A stretch of 64,000 bases of DNA from Chloroflexota bacterium (GTDB taxonomy: Bacteria > Chloroflexota > Dehalococcoidia > Bin125), in contig JAPOXK010000021.1 in NCBI GenBank assembly GCA_026707145.1, forward strand, positions 169,588 to 233,587, read 5' to 3'. Positions 55,520-64,000 of this stretch are shown one piece after another. The notes under the pieces were generated by a model. The model made no database searches. It was not told the origin of the DNA and saw nothing but the letters and a program-made list of their open reading frames with translations. Each line of letters opens with the position of its first letter. The stretch's first letter is position 1. A program made the translations under genes and the position numbers.

Positions 55520-56392
55520 TTACTCTTTCGGCGTGTTCTCTGCCGCGGCCTCTTCGTCACCCTCCGCAAGGGGCGCCAGACTACCCTCGGGCGCGTCGAT
55601 TACTTCCATTCGCAGCGCGATGATCGGCTCAATCGGCAGCGCCAAGTTGTGGTAGGCCGCCGGGCTCAGTTGCAGCTCCGTCGGGAACGAGCCCGTATCG
55701 ACCACTGTGACCTGAATAGTCTTCCCGACGAGTTCCGCCGCCTCCTCCGCACTCAGGAGAGGCCCGCCTGGCAGTCGTGTAATCTCAAGCACCGTGCCGA
55801 TCGCCCATACGCTTGAGAATGCCAGCGCCGGATCCGCCGGATCATACGGACTGCCGTTGGACAAGGTGGGGTTGGACTCAATGGATGGAATGGGCGTCGC
55901 GCCCCCGCGCTCGATCAGCACGGGTGCGCCCCCTAAATCGACTGGGGTAATGATCTCGGGCGCCACCAAGCTCTCCTGGATGGGATCGGCTGCCTCTTCC
56001 ACAGCCCCTGCCGCCGCATCGGTAACCGTCGCCGGCTCTAGCGCCGATCCGGCTGGCTCTTCGACCGGCGTCGGCGTTTCCTCCACCACTACCTCTTCGG
56101 CGCTAGCCGGCGCACTAGTGATCGGCGTGTCTGCAGCCGGCGATTCGCCTCCGTTGCTTTCGCTGATCAGCACGCTCGCGAGGAAGAAAATCCCCACCCC
56201 ACTCCCGGTTAGTATCAGCACGACCCCTAACACCCGCCCTAAGGGGCTGAGGTGAGGCAATTTTTTCCTGCGCTTAAGCTGTTCGTCCGGGAGAAGTAGC
56301 GGTTTTTGGGGATTGTAAGGCATTCCACGCGAGCCACGAACCTCTATAGAGGTGGGTGGGATGTCGCGCAGCGGTTCGCGGACAGCGTCCAT
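55520..56392 (-). CDS. Membrane-anchored RlpA-like / 3D-domain (double-psi beta-barrel) protein
   Basis: One TM (LGRVLGVVLILTGSGVGIFFLASVL), a Pro/Ala/Glu-rich linker, and a C-terminal region SPYDPADPALAFSSVWAIGTVLEITRLPGGPLLSAEEAAELVGKTIQVTVVDTGSF that resembles the RlpA/3D domain. Start chosen at MDAVREPL. Confidence 0.5.
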   Translation of the reverse strand: MDAVREPLRDIPPTSIEVRGSRGMPYNPQKPLLLPDEQLKRRKKLPHLSPLGRVLGVVLILTGSGVGIFFLASVLISESNGGESPAADTPITSAPASAEEVVVEETPTPVEEPAGSALEPATVTDAAAGAVEEAADPIQESLVAPEIITPVDLGGAPVLIERGGATPIPSIESNPTLSNGSPYDPADPALAFSSVWAIGTVLEITRLPGGPLLSAEEAAELVGKTIQVTVVDTGSFPTELQLSPAAYHNLALPIEPIIALRMEVIDAPEGSLAPLAEGDEEAAAENTPKE

Positions 56393-56528
56393 GCGCGTTT
56401 TCACACGGCTATCGTAGGGGCCTCTTTCGAGGGATGTCCATGAAACGACGCGTCGGAGATTCGCGTGCGTGCCGGTGGTACGCGGGATCGGGCAATCCCC
56501 CTGCGAGCGACCGAGCCGATAAGATCGT

Positions 56529-56990
56529 GTGACTGCGATGACTCTGCCCGACGAGAACCGCGAGCCCGAATCCGATGACGCAAGCGCCATCGCAGGCAGC
56601 TCCTCTCCCGGCGCCCCCCCGTCAACCCGCTCTCCACAAACGAAGCGTATCCGTTGTCCGCACTGCTCGGAACGCACGCACGTGGGAGTCCCTCCGCCCG
56701 AAGGCCGCCCGCGCCGCGTCGTTACTCAGTGTCCCCACTGTCGCTACGATCTAGTCGTCTCCCGCGCGACCAGCGGGCAGATGCTGATTCGGGCCTGCCT
56801 CCGCTGGGAAGTTACCTGTCCCTACTGCAAAAAGCCCGCCGTCGCGCGCGTGCCGCCCGCCGGCGCGCTCCGTCGCAAAGAGTTGACCCCTTGCACCTCG
56901 TGTCGCAAGCCGCTGGTCGTCGAGCGGCGCGAAGAGGGGAAGCTCGTGCTGCGCGCGCATCGTGGCATCATTGAAGGCACACTGTTCTAG
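56529..56990 (+). CDS. Hypothetical double zinc-ribbon protein
   Basis: CPHC…(19 aa)…CPHC and CPYC…(22 aa)…CTSC. 153 aa. Divergent from the RlpA-like gene. Confidence 0.5.
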   Translation: MTAMTLPDENREPESDDASAIAGSSSPGAPPSTRSPQTKRIRCPHCSERTHVGVPPPEGRPRRVVTQCPHCRYDLVVSRATSGQMLIRACLRWEVTCPYCKKPAVARVPPAGALRRKELTPCTSCRKPLVVERREEGKLVLRAHRGIIEGTLF

Positions 56991-57039
56991 CGCCGCAGTG
57001 GATCGCTGGGGCTAAACCGGTCTTATTCAGGGAGAAGCC

Positions 57040-57429
57040 ATGACCGTGCTCAGGGGAATCGCGCTGGACCACATCGTCTTGCCCGTCGCCGATGTTGACC
57101 GCAGTCTCGGCTTCTATCGTGATCTCCTGCAGCTTTCCGTGGAGCGCGAGGCCGATTTTCGCGCCGGCACGCGCCCGTTCCTTTCCGTTCGCATCGGGAC
57201 ATCGCTCATCGACCTTCTTCCGACCGGCACGCAAGGCCGGGTCCTCGACCATATCTGTCTCGCGGTCGAAGGCTTCCAGGGTGAGGAGCTCGTGGCTTGG
57301 CTGCGCGATCACGATGTGCCTGTGGTGCGCGGGCCTGTGCAGGTTGACGGCGCCCGCGGCAGCGGTAGCGCCGTCTACGTCACGGATCCGGATGGCCATA
57401 CCGTCGAACTGAAGAGCTATCCGTCCTAG
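57040..57429 (+). CDS. VOC/glyoxalase-bleomycin resistance family protein
   Basis: IALDHIVLPVADVDRSLGFYRDLL…DHICLAV…DPDGHTVEL. Confidence 0.8.
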   Translation: MTVLRGIALDHIVLPVADVDRSLGFYRDLLQLSVEREADFRAGTRPFLSVRIGTSLIDLLPTGTQGRVLDHICLAVEGFQGEELVAWLRDHDVPVVRGPVQVDGARGSGSAVYVTDPDGHTVELKSYPS

Positions 57430-57462
57430 CGCGTGAGCTCGAGCGTGTTTCGGGCTCACGCG
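57430..57462 (+). terminator. Terminator-like hairpin (9-bp perfect stem CGCGTGAGC / GCTCACGCG) immediately after the VOC stop codon
   Basis: The inverted repeat is read directly. There is no strong U-tract, as is common in high-GC genomes. Confidence 0.4.
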
Positions 57463-57603
57463 ACGCGTTGGCGCTACTCCGGGAGAGCGGTACCATAATC
57501 CCTCTGTTGCCTGCGGTCGTCGTGGTCCTCTGGTCCTCTGGGGTCGCAGTGCGCATCGGTGTCAATGCCGCTGCCTGTCTGCGGACGCATAGGGAGCCTA
57601 ACG

Positions 57604-58770
57604 ATGAACGTGGATGCCGCGAGGTACGACCAAGAGGCGATCGATGCACACCGCCGCTGGCGGGGCAAGATCGACTATCGCAGCCGTCCTGCCGTAAGCA
57701 ATCAGCACGATCTCAGCGTCGTGTACACGCCTGGCGTGGCCGCGCCGTGTGTGGAGATCAACAAACACCCCGAGTTGGTCTGGGAGCTGACCGGTCGCGG
57801 TAACCTCGTCGCCGTGGTCACCGACGGCAGCGCCGTCCTTGGCCTCGGCAACATCGGCCCTACCGCAGCACTTCCCGTCATGGAAGGGAAATGCGTCCTC
57901 TTCAAGGAATTCGCCGGTGTCGACGCCATCGCTATCGCGCTCGACGTACACGAGGCCGACCAGATCGTCGACGCGGTCGCTGCCATCGCACCTTCACTCG
58001 GCGGCGTCAATCTCGAGGACATCTCCGCGCCGCGTTGCTTCGAGGTGGAGCGCAAGCTTCAAGAGCGTGTCGCCATTCCCATCATGCATGATGATCAGCA
58101 CGGTACCGCCGTTGTGGCGCTGGCTGCCGTGATCAACGCGCTCAAGCTCACGAACCGCGAGCCCGCAGGCACCCGCACCGTCATCACTGGGGCCGGAGCG
58201 AGCGGGATCGCGGTGGCGCACCTTCTGCGTTCCTACGGTGTGCAGGAGATATCGCTCATCGACAGCAAGGGCTTGATCACGCCCGAGCGCGAGGACATCA
58301 ATCCATATAAGCGTGAAGTCGCCAGCTGGAGTGGTCGCGGCCTCAATCCGGATGGATCGCTGCCCCAGGTCGCGGATCTCCTTCCTGGCACGGATCTCTA
58401 CATCGGGCTGAGCGGCCCCGGTCTCGTCACTCCCGCAATGATCGCTACCATGAATCGTGATGCCCTTGTCTTTCCGATGGCCAATCCCACGCCGGAGATC
58501 ATGCCAGCCCTCGCTGCGGAAGCCGGTGCGGCGGTTATTGCAACGGGCCGGTCCGACTTCCCCAACCAGATCAACAACGCGCTTGCTTTCCCCGGTATCT
58601 TTCGTGGGCTACTGGACGGCAAGATTCCCAAGATCACCGATGCGCATAAGCTCGCTGCCGCCGAAGCGATCGCCGCCTTCGTAGGCGATCCCACTCCCGA
58701 CCGCATCATCCCGTCGATCTTCGAAGAAGGCCTTGGCCGTGCCGTGGCCGATGCGGTGATGGAGGTCTAA
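57604..58770 (+). CDS. NAD(P)-dependent malic enzyme (short form)
   Basis: DLSVVYTPGVAAPCVEI and VAVVTDGSAVLGLGNIGP, the dinucleotide-binding GAGASGIAVA, and NNALAFPGIFRG. Confidence 0.88.
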   Translation: MNVDAARYDQEAIDAHRRWRGKIDYRSRPAVSNQHDLSVVYTPGVAAPCVEINKHPELVWELTGRGNLVAVVTDGSAVLGLGNIGPTAALPVMEGKCVLFKEFAGVDAIAIALDVHEADQIVDAVAAIAPSLGGVNLEDISAPRCFEVERKLQERVAIPIMHDDQHGTAVVALAAVINALKLTNREPAGTRTVITGAGASGIAVAHLLRSYGVQEISLIDSKGLITPEREDINPYKREVASWSGRGLNPDGSLPQVADLLPGTDLYIGLSGPGLVTPAMIATMNRDALVFPMANPTPEIMPALAAEAGAAVIATGRSDFPNQINNALAFPGIFRGLLDGKIPKITDAHKLAAAEAIAAFVGDPTPDRIIPSIFEEGLGRAVADAVMEV

Positions 58771-58845
58771 GCAGCGCTCTTCGCCAGGCGGTCACTCACT
58801 GCCGAGCAGCGATGCGGGCTTGCGTTCGCCGCATGTCGATGGCCG

Positions 58846-60705
58846 CTACTCGGGCGTTGCGGCTCCCTCGATCCAGACTCGTTCGAAATGGTGGCCATCC
58901 CAGCCGTAGCCGAAGCGCGGGAGGTGGATCGACGACCGGCTGACCGTCCGCTGAACGCCGATCCCGATGTTCACGAGCCAAGACGGGCGCTCCAGTAGCA
59001 GGGGCTGCACCGTTTCGTGGAAGATCCGCCGTCGCTCCTCGCGCTCCAACGTTGTCCGCATTCGTTCGATGCCCACATCGATCGCCGGATCCTGCAGCCC
59101 CCCCCGGTTATCCGGTCCAGCCGTATGTATCGATCGCAGCAGGTCTGCCGTCGGGTCCGCATCGGTCGGCGGCTCGCCCCATCCCAGGCTTGCCGGCGGG
59201 TCCCCTTCCCGCATGCCGGTCAGGATCGCGTTGTACCCCAATGTCGACACCTCTACCGGCAGTTCCAAATTAGCTGCGAGAGTCTCGGCGATCAGCGCGC
59301 TAACGCCCGGATGGGTCGCTTCGAACACGTCCGGCACCGCGATCGGCACGGATCCCGTGAACGCTGCTGCGCTGAGCAGCGCGCGCGCTTCTGCGATGTC
59401 CTCGCTCTTCTCCGGCCGGTAGCCTGGTGTTCCCGCGAGTGTTTCCTCTTCCATCGCCCAGCCGAGCGCGAAGGGCGGGACCGGGCCGCAGATGCGCCCA
59501 AAATCCCCATACGCAAGTGCCAGGATCGCCGGGCGGTCCAAGGCGAGATGCACTGCCTGCGCCACTCTTTGGTCACGAAAAGGGTTCAACGCCGATCCCT
59601 GCGAGAACGAGAACGCAAGTTGGATGGTGAACGGCAGGAACCGTTCTCCGATCCGATGGGTTGGAAGATCCGGCAACAACGGCTCGATCTGTAACGGATC
59701 CGCTGGCGTCCAGAGGTCGAGATCACCGTCCAGATAGGCGTTCGCCTGCGCCGCCGGGTCGATCATGTGCCGCAGCTCGATCGTGTCCAACCACGGGAGG
59801 CCGACTCGGAAGTAGTGAGGATTGCGCTTGAACGCAATCACGCGCTCGGCGGCGAAGGTATCGATCTGGAACGCTCCCGTACCGCTGTAGGTAGAGGCGC
59901 GGAGCGGCCGGTTTCGCAAAGCGTCGCCGCCCTGTTCCCATACTTCCGGTGCTTGGATGAATGCCCAAGGGCCTGCGAACCCTGTTCCTAGGAAGGTCCC
60001 GTCCGGCTCTGTGGTGCTGAGTACCAGAGTTCGCTCATCAACGACATCCATCTGCGCGATCGCGCGGTACTGGGCTTGGCGCTGGAATAGCGGATCGGGC
60101 TCTCCGGATGCGTCGACAGCAGCGATCTGCCGTGCGAAGTTGGCCCGGACGTCGTCGGCCGTGCAGGCGCGACCGTGCGTTGGGCTGCGATCCCACCAAT
60201 GCGCCTCTGGCTGCAGCTCGATCACATACGTCGTTTCGTCCGGCAGTTCTGGGACCGCGGCAAGGTCTGGCTCTAGCCGTCCGGCGTTGATATCCGCGTA
60301 GCGCAGCAGCTTGCTTTGTTGCAGCGCTGAGAACAGCTGCGTAGTTGGGAATCGCGAACGATGGATGTCGAAGAAGTCCAAGAGATCGAGTGCGGCATGC
60401 ATGCGTAGCGTTCCGCCTTGCTCCGGTTCCCCTTCGGACGGGCGTGGTGGCGCGAGCACCCGTGCCGGCGCTGGCGTCGTCTCCAGCTCCGTACCGGCCG
60501 CTATGGACGGGTCGTGATCACGTACCGCTTCGTCTTTGCCTTCGCTGTCGCCCTCATCGCCGCAACTGACTAAGCCCAGGGCCGCCGCGCCGACTGTGGC
60601 AGTTGCGGAGGCGCGCAGCAGCGCCCGCCGGCTTATCTGCCGGGCCAAGGGTGCCCGCCTGGGCGATGGGGGATTGGAGGCAAGATGACGGGTGGTGCGC
60701 GGCAT
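58846..60705 (-). CDS. ABC transporter substrate-binding protein, family 5 (peptide/nickel/opine type), Tat/lipoprotein signal
   Basis: Twin-arginine motif ISRRALLRASATATVGAAALGLVSCG. Family-5 region FKRNPHYFRVGLPWLDTIELRHMIDPAAQANAYLDGDLD. Start chosen at an internal Met (MPRTTRH…). Confidence 0.75.
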   Translation of the reverse strand: MPRTTRHLASNPPSPRRAPLARQISRRALLRASATATVGAAALGLVSCGDEGDSEGKDEAVRDHDPSIAAGTELETTPAPARVLAPPRPSEGEPEQGGTLRMHAALDLLDFFDIHRSRFPTTQLFSALQQSKLLRYADINAGRLEPDLAAVPELPDETTYVIELQPEAHWWDRSPTHGRACTADDVRANFARQIAAVDASGEPDPLFQRQAQYRAIAQMDVVDERTLVLSTTEPDGTFLGTGFAGPWAFIQAPEVWEQGGDALRNRPLRASTYSGTGAFQIDTFAAERVIAFKRNPHYFRVGLPWLDTIELRHMIDPAAQANAYLDGDLDLWTPADPLQIEPLLPDLPTHRIGERFLPFTIQLAFSFSQGSALNPFRDQRVAQAVHLALDRPAILALAYGDFGRICGPVPPFALGWAMEEETLAGTPGYRPEKSEDIAEARALLSAAAFTGSVPIAVPDVFEATHPGVSALIAETLAANLELPVEVSTLGYNAILTGMREGDPPASLGWGEPPTDADPTADLLRSIHTAGPDNRGGLQDPAIDVGIERMRTTLEREERRRIFHETVQPLLLERPSWLVNIGIGVQRTVSRSSIHLPRFGYGWDGHHFERVWIEGAATPE

Positions 60706-60791
60706 TTGCTTCAGCGTACCCCCGCGCCTCCAGCATATCGCCTTGCGTCGCGGCTGGCTCCGGGGAGGCCGGCTGCCGATAGGATGCGGAG

Positions 60792-61502
60792 ATGCGCTGC
60801 TCCTTCGGTTCGGTTCACCGATTGGGCGCTGACGTCTGGCTCGCCGCCACCTGGCTGGCACTGCTCTGTGGTGCGATCGCGCTGTCGGTGTGGGCGGCCA
60901 TCGACGACCGCTTTCCCGGCGATGCTGCCGTTGGCCGGTGGATTCAAGCGAATGATCTCCCTGGTCGCACGCTCTCCCAGTTCTTGCGCGATGTGGGCTC
61001 CACGCCCGCTGCTGCGATCACGCTCATCCTCGCCGTGATCGTCCTCCTTGCGCTCGGGCGGCGCCGTGCTGCTCTCGTGAGCGGCTGCTTCGCAATCGGA
61101 TTCGGCCTCCAGCACGGGATCAAGCTGCTCGTTGACCGACCGCGCACCTCAATTCTGCTCCTCGATCAGCACGGCAGCTTCGATTCCCCAAGCTTTCCCA
61201 GTGGCCACGTCATGAGCAGCATGATCGCCGGCCTCGTGGTTGTTTATCTTTGCTGGCGTATCCCGGGACCGCTCTGGCTGCGCGCTCCGATCGCGGCCTG
61301 GGGGGCCGGCGTGGGCCTTCTCCAACCCTGGGCGTCGATCTCAGCGGGCGTGCATTGGCCATCGGATACCCTCGGGGGCTTTGTTTGGACGGCCGTGATC
61401 GGCGTCCCGTTGATCTTCGCGCTTGAACGGTGGGCGCTACCCGCTGACAACCGCGACGACCGCTTCCCTGGTTGGCGCCGTCCCTTTCCGCGCCTCCGCT
61501 AG
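60792..61502 (+). CDS. PAP2-family membrane phosphatase
   Basis: PAP2 motifs KLLVDRPR, SFPSGH and GVHWPSD. Confidence 0.8.
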   Translation: MRCSFGSVHRLGADVWLAATWLALLCGAIALSVWAAIDDRFPGDAAVGRWIQANDLPGRTLSQFLRDVGSTPAAAITLILAVIVLLALGRRRAALVSGCFAIGFGLQHGIKLLVDRPRTSILLLDQHGSFDSPSFPSGHVMSSMIAGLVVVYLCWRIPGPLWLRAPIAAWGAGVGLLQPWASISAGVHWPSDTLGGFVWTAVIGVPLIFALERWALPADNRDDRFPGWRRPFPRLR

Positions 61503-61596
61503 GCGGACGCTGGCACGCCATGGGCGCGACCCCGTGGTAGGCTGGCTCTGCCATTCTTATGTTGCAACTGGCGAGTGTTTGTGCAAGATCCGTGAG

Positions 61597-61887
61597 ATGA
61601 AACTCTTCCTCCCCGCTGCGACCACGATCGAGCTTGGCCGCTTCGAGAGCGATCCTATCGAGACCGACTTCGGTAGCGTGCACGTTGCGGCGCGCGGCTT
61701 ATTCTGCGAAGCGCCCTGGGGGGCGGTCCGCATTCTTCGTCCTCAGAGCGCGATCGTGCACTATTCCGACGGTCGTGTGGTGCGTGCTGCAGTAGGCGAC
61801 ATCACAGGCCGTGCGACGTTGGCGCTTGTGTTGGCTGGGATCATCGTAGCCTGGGTCGCCTGCCACTTCTCTCCCGGAAAGGACTGA
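61597..61887 (+). CDS. Hypothetical protein, possible YtfI-like partner of the downstream YtfJ/GerW-family gene
   Basis: Starts MKLFLPAATTIELGRFESDPIETDFGSVHV… with a C-terminal TM (LALVLAGIIVAWVA). It ends 3 nt before the next gene. Confidence 0.4.
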   Translation: MKLFLPAATTIELGRFESDPIETDFGSVHVAARGLFCEAPWGAVRILRPQSAIVHYSDGRVVRAAVGDITGRATLALVLAGIIVAWVACHFSPGKD

Positions 61888-61890
61888 ACG

Positions 61891-62268
61891 ATGTCGCTAG
61901 AGGCGGATCAGGACGCCGACCACGTCGGCGAGATCGGCCGCAACGTCTCGCGACTGGCGGGAGTCGCCAGCGCCGACGCGGTCGTAGGCCCCGTGCAGCA
62001 GGTCGAAGGCCGGCTGATCGTTCCCCTTGCCTCCGTCTCGACTGGCTACGGTTTCGGCGGCGGTTGGGGTAGCTCGCCGGAGGAGGATCGTGGCGGCGGG
62101 GGCGGGGGCGCCAAGGCCCGTCCCGTCGCGACGCTTGAGATCACTGCCACCGAGTTCCGAGTCCATCAGGTTGTGGACAGCACGCGCATCACGATCGCCT
62201 CGCTGCTCCTCGCGGGGTGGACGGTCTTCTGGATCACGCGCACGATCCGCGCTTTCCGGCGCCGCTAG
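61891..62268 (+). CDS. YtfJ/GerW-family protein (Spore_YtfJ-like)
   Basis: IVPLASVSTGYGFGGGWGS…GGGGGGAKARPVATLEITATEFRVHQVVD matches the GerW/YtfJ pattern (…IIPVAKVSFGFGAGGG…PVAFIEI…). Confidence 0.65.
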   Translation: MSLEADQDADHVGEIGRNVSRLAGVASADAVVGPVQQVEGRLIVPLASVSTGYGFGGGWGSSPEEDRGGGGGGAKARPVATLEITATEFRVHQVVDSTRITIASLLLAGWTVFWITRTIRAFRRR

Positions 62269-62316
62269 CGATCGTCTCGAAGCGGCCTCGCGCAGCTCGG
62301 GCAGACGCTGGGACAA

Positions 62317-63447
62317 CTAGGACCAGATCCCCGGTAGTACCGTGCCGCAGTCCGGACAGGCGCCGTCCGCCTTGAGCCGCTGTTCGATCACCTGAAACCC
62401 GTACCGTTGAATGACTGTCGAGGCGCACCGCGGGCAGCGGGTGTGCTCCGTCTCGCCCACTTGCCCAGGTAGGTTCCCGGAGTAGACGTACTGTAGGCCC
62501 GCCTCCCGGCCGATCTGTTGCGCGCGCCGCAAAGTGTCCACCGACGTTCGTTCAGGCCCCAGCATCTTGTAGTCCGGATGGAACGCCGTCACGTGCCAGG
62601 GAATCTCCGGCGACACGCTCGCTAGGAATTCCGCCGCATCCCGCAGCTCTTCGTCGCTGTCGTTGAAGCCCGGCACGATGAGGGTCACAACCTCCAGCCA
62701 GAATCCACGCTCGTGCACGGCCTGGATCGTCCAACGCACATGCTCTAAGAGTCCACCCAGCTTGCGATATGACCGGTCCCGCATGGCCTTCAGATCAATC
62801 TTGTACGCATCGACATGCGGCCGGATGTAATCAAGGACTTCCGGCGTCGCATTGCCGTTGGAGACATAGGCCGTTCGCAGGCCCAAGGCCCGCGCCTCCC
62901 GGAAGACTGCCATCGCCCATTCCGAGGTGATGAGGGGTTCGTTGTAGGTGCTCACGACGAGCTGGCTGTCCCGCTCTCGCGCCAAGCGCGCAAGCTGTTC
63001 AGCGCTCACCGGCATCGCGGAGCTCTGCGCCTTCGGGTCGCGTAGCGCCTGTGAGGTCACCCAGTTCTGGCAGTATCCGCAGTGGAAGTCGCAGCCCAGC
63101 ATGCCAAACGAAAGCGCCGTCGATCCCGGCAGGAAATGGAAGAACGGCTTCTTTTCCACCGGGTCGACCTGCAACGCGCCGACGTAGCCGAAAGGAACCC
63201 GGAGCATGCCGTCTTGGTTGAAGCGCACCTTGCACACGCCAACCGCGCCGGGCGGCATCAGACAACGGTGTCCGCAGGCCACGCAGCGCAGACGGCCCTT
63301 GGGCAACTCCTCGGCCAACTCGCCGGCCGCGGTCAGCTCGCTTAGGAGTGCCCCGAGCGATCGGGACGATGGACGTGGTTGACTAACGAGCCGTAAAGGG
63401 ACGACGCGCATCTCGTTGAGTCTCTCGCGTGCCCTGTCAGCGGCCAT
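62317..63447 (-). CDS. AmmeMemoRadiSam-system radical SAM enzyme (AmrS-like; PFL-activase-related)
   Basis: N-terminal Cys cluster CVACGHRCLMPPGAVGVC, DPVEKKPFFHF, and the radical-SAM CDFHCGYCQNW. A C-terminal CPRC…CPDC is present. Confidence 0.8.
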   Translation of the reverse strand: MAADRARERLNEMRVVPLRLVSQPRPSSRSLGALLSELTAAGELAEELPKGRLRCVACGHRCLMPPGAVGVCKVRFNQDGMLRVPFGYVGALQVDPVEKKPFFHFLPGSTALSFGMLGCDFHCGYCQNWVTSQALRDPKAQSSAMPVSAEQLARLARERDSQLVVSTYNEPLITSEWAMAVFREARALGLRTAYVSNGNATPEVLDYIRPHVDAYKIDLKAMRDRSYRKLGGLLEHVRWTIQAVHERGFWLEVVTLIVPGFNDSDEELRDAAEFLASVSPEIPWHVTAFHPDYKMLGPERTSVDTLRRAQQIGREAGLQYVYSGNLPGQVGETEHTRCPRCASTVIQRYGFQVIEQRLKADGACPDCGTVLPGIWS

Positions 63448-63493
63448 GATCCCAGACTACACCGCTTGCAAATCCTGCCGGCCCCGCCCAGCT

Positions 63494-63859
63494 TTAGCCC
63501 GATGGCTTTGCCGCGCGCTTCTCTGCCTCCCGCTTCAGATTCGCCAATCCTTGTGTTAACGCGAGTTGGTACGGCGTCGTCCCTCGTCCGAACGAGATCA
63601 AGTTCGCCATTCGGTGCCGCAGTCCGTACGGCCGTACCCGACATGACACTTCAGTATGTTCCTCTTTCACTGCGATCCCGTACTCGTACTCGATCTGTAG
63701 TCCCCACCCCATTTGGACCGTCAGCACCATGCGGCGCGGCGCCTCCTGATGCAGAATTCGCGCCCGCCCACTTTCCACCCCCTCCTGCGCCTCTTGGCGC
63801 AGTAACCGCCAGATCACCTCGGGCGGCGCTTGTACGGCGAATGCGCGATCATCAGCCAT
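63494..63859 (-). CDS. SRPBCC-fold (polyketide-cyclase/AHSA1-like) hypothetical protein
   Basis: MADDRAFAVQAPPEVIWRLLRQE… resembles the N-termini of SRPBCC family proteins. 121 aa. Confidence 0.45.
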   Translation of the reverse strand: MADDRAFAVQAPPEVIWRLLRQEAQEGVESGRARILHQEAPRRMVLTVQMGWGLQIEYEYGIAVKEEHTEVSCRVRPYGLRHRMANLISFGRGTTPYQLALTQGLANLKREAEKRAAKPSG

Positions 63860-64000
63860 GACACGGCCTAGCAATCATCGGTGAGCGACCGCGTCAGCGC
63901 TGCAAGATCCGCGCAGCGCGTTACTCTCTCCGGGAAGACCAACCCGCGATTCCCTGGCCAGTCGATCAGATCAACCTCGACTCCCGCTCGCGCCACTAGG

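Noticed and set aside
57521-57540. Short direct repeat GGTCCTCTG x2
   Set aside because: It is too short and isolated to be a CRISPR or other repeat array. It lies in the leader of the malic enzyme gene and is probably fortuitous.
1-64000. Scan for mobile elements, CRISPR arrays, rRNA and tRNA genes
   Set aside because: No transposase, integrase or recombinase motifs were found. No regularly spaced repeats. No rRNA-like conserved blocks. No stand-alone tRNA T-arm/CCA signatures other than the tRNA-like end of the tmRNA.

Overview
This is a ~64 kb, ~70% GC bacterial chromosomal window, densely coding and almost entirely housekeeping or metabolic. I found no transposase or integrase genes, no CRISPR array, and no rRNA or tRNA genes. 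Gene order is: lepA 3' end; an orphan multi-domain protein on the minus strand with an Mrr-like nuclease-fold C-terminus; a long Bacillus-type SRP RNA; rsmA-ispE; a membrane protein; dinG (DnaQ-exonuclease + Rad3-helicase fusion); a GNAT; two small ORFs; cca (minus); rnc-smc-ftsY; a nuoE/nuoF-like NAD(H) diaphorase pair; mutS-mutL; a glyoxylate-shunt pair aceB-aceA; a GNAT; a five-gene minus-strand copper-handling operon (His-rich membrane protein, His-rich lipoprotein, CopC-like, PD40/TolB-like beta-propeller, CopC-CopD-cytochrome c fusion); an orphan PstS-like binding protein; an SDR; two tandem paralogous DMT/EamA transporters; a DCC thiol-disulfide oxidoreductase; ctpA-smpB-ssrA (tmRNA) on the minus strand; a FabD-like acyltransferase; a ~500 bp GC-rich apparently noncoding gap; a SAM methyltransferase; dinB; a HAD hydrolase; a GYD protein; an NCS2-like permease with a C-terminal extension; two tandem cupin paralogs; NUDIX; an acyl-CoA dehydrogenase; a diiron-carboxylate protein; GGT; several small zinc-ribbon proteins; a VOC protein; malic enzyme; a family-5 solute-binding protein; a PAP2 phosphatase; a YtfJ/GerW-like pair; and an AmmeMemoRadiSam-type radical SAM enzyme. 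At least three conserved genes (nuoE-like, mutS, the methyltransferase) have conserved N-terminal coding sequence extending upstream of any in-frame ATG/GTG/TTG, which suggests non-canonical start codons or sequence errors. Many long opposite-strand ORFs in the track are high-GC shadow ORFs and were rejected. The long-type SRP RNA, the DinG exonuclease fusion and a tmRNA tag ending ALAA, together with 70% GC, argue against Actinobacteria and Proteobacteria and are compatible with Chloroflexota/Thermomicrobia-like or Deinococcota-like lineages; this is inference only.
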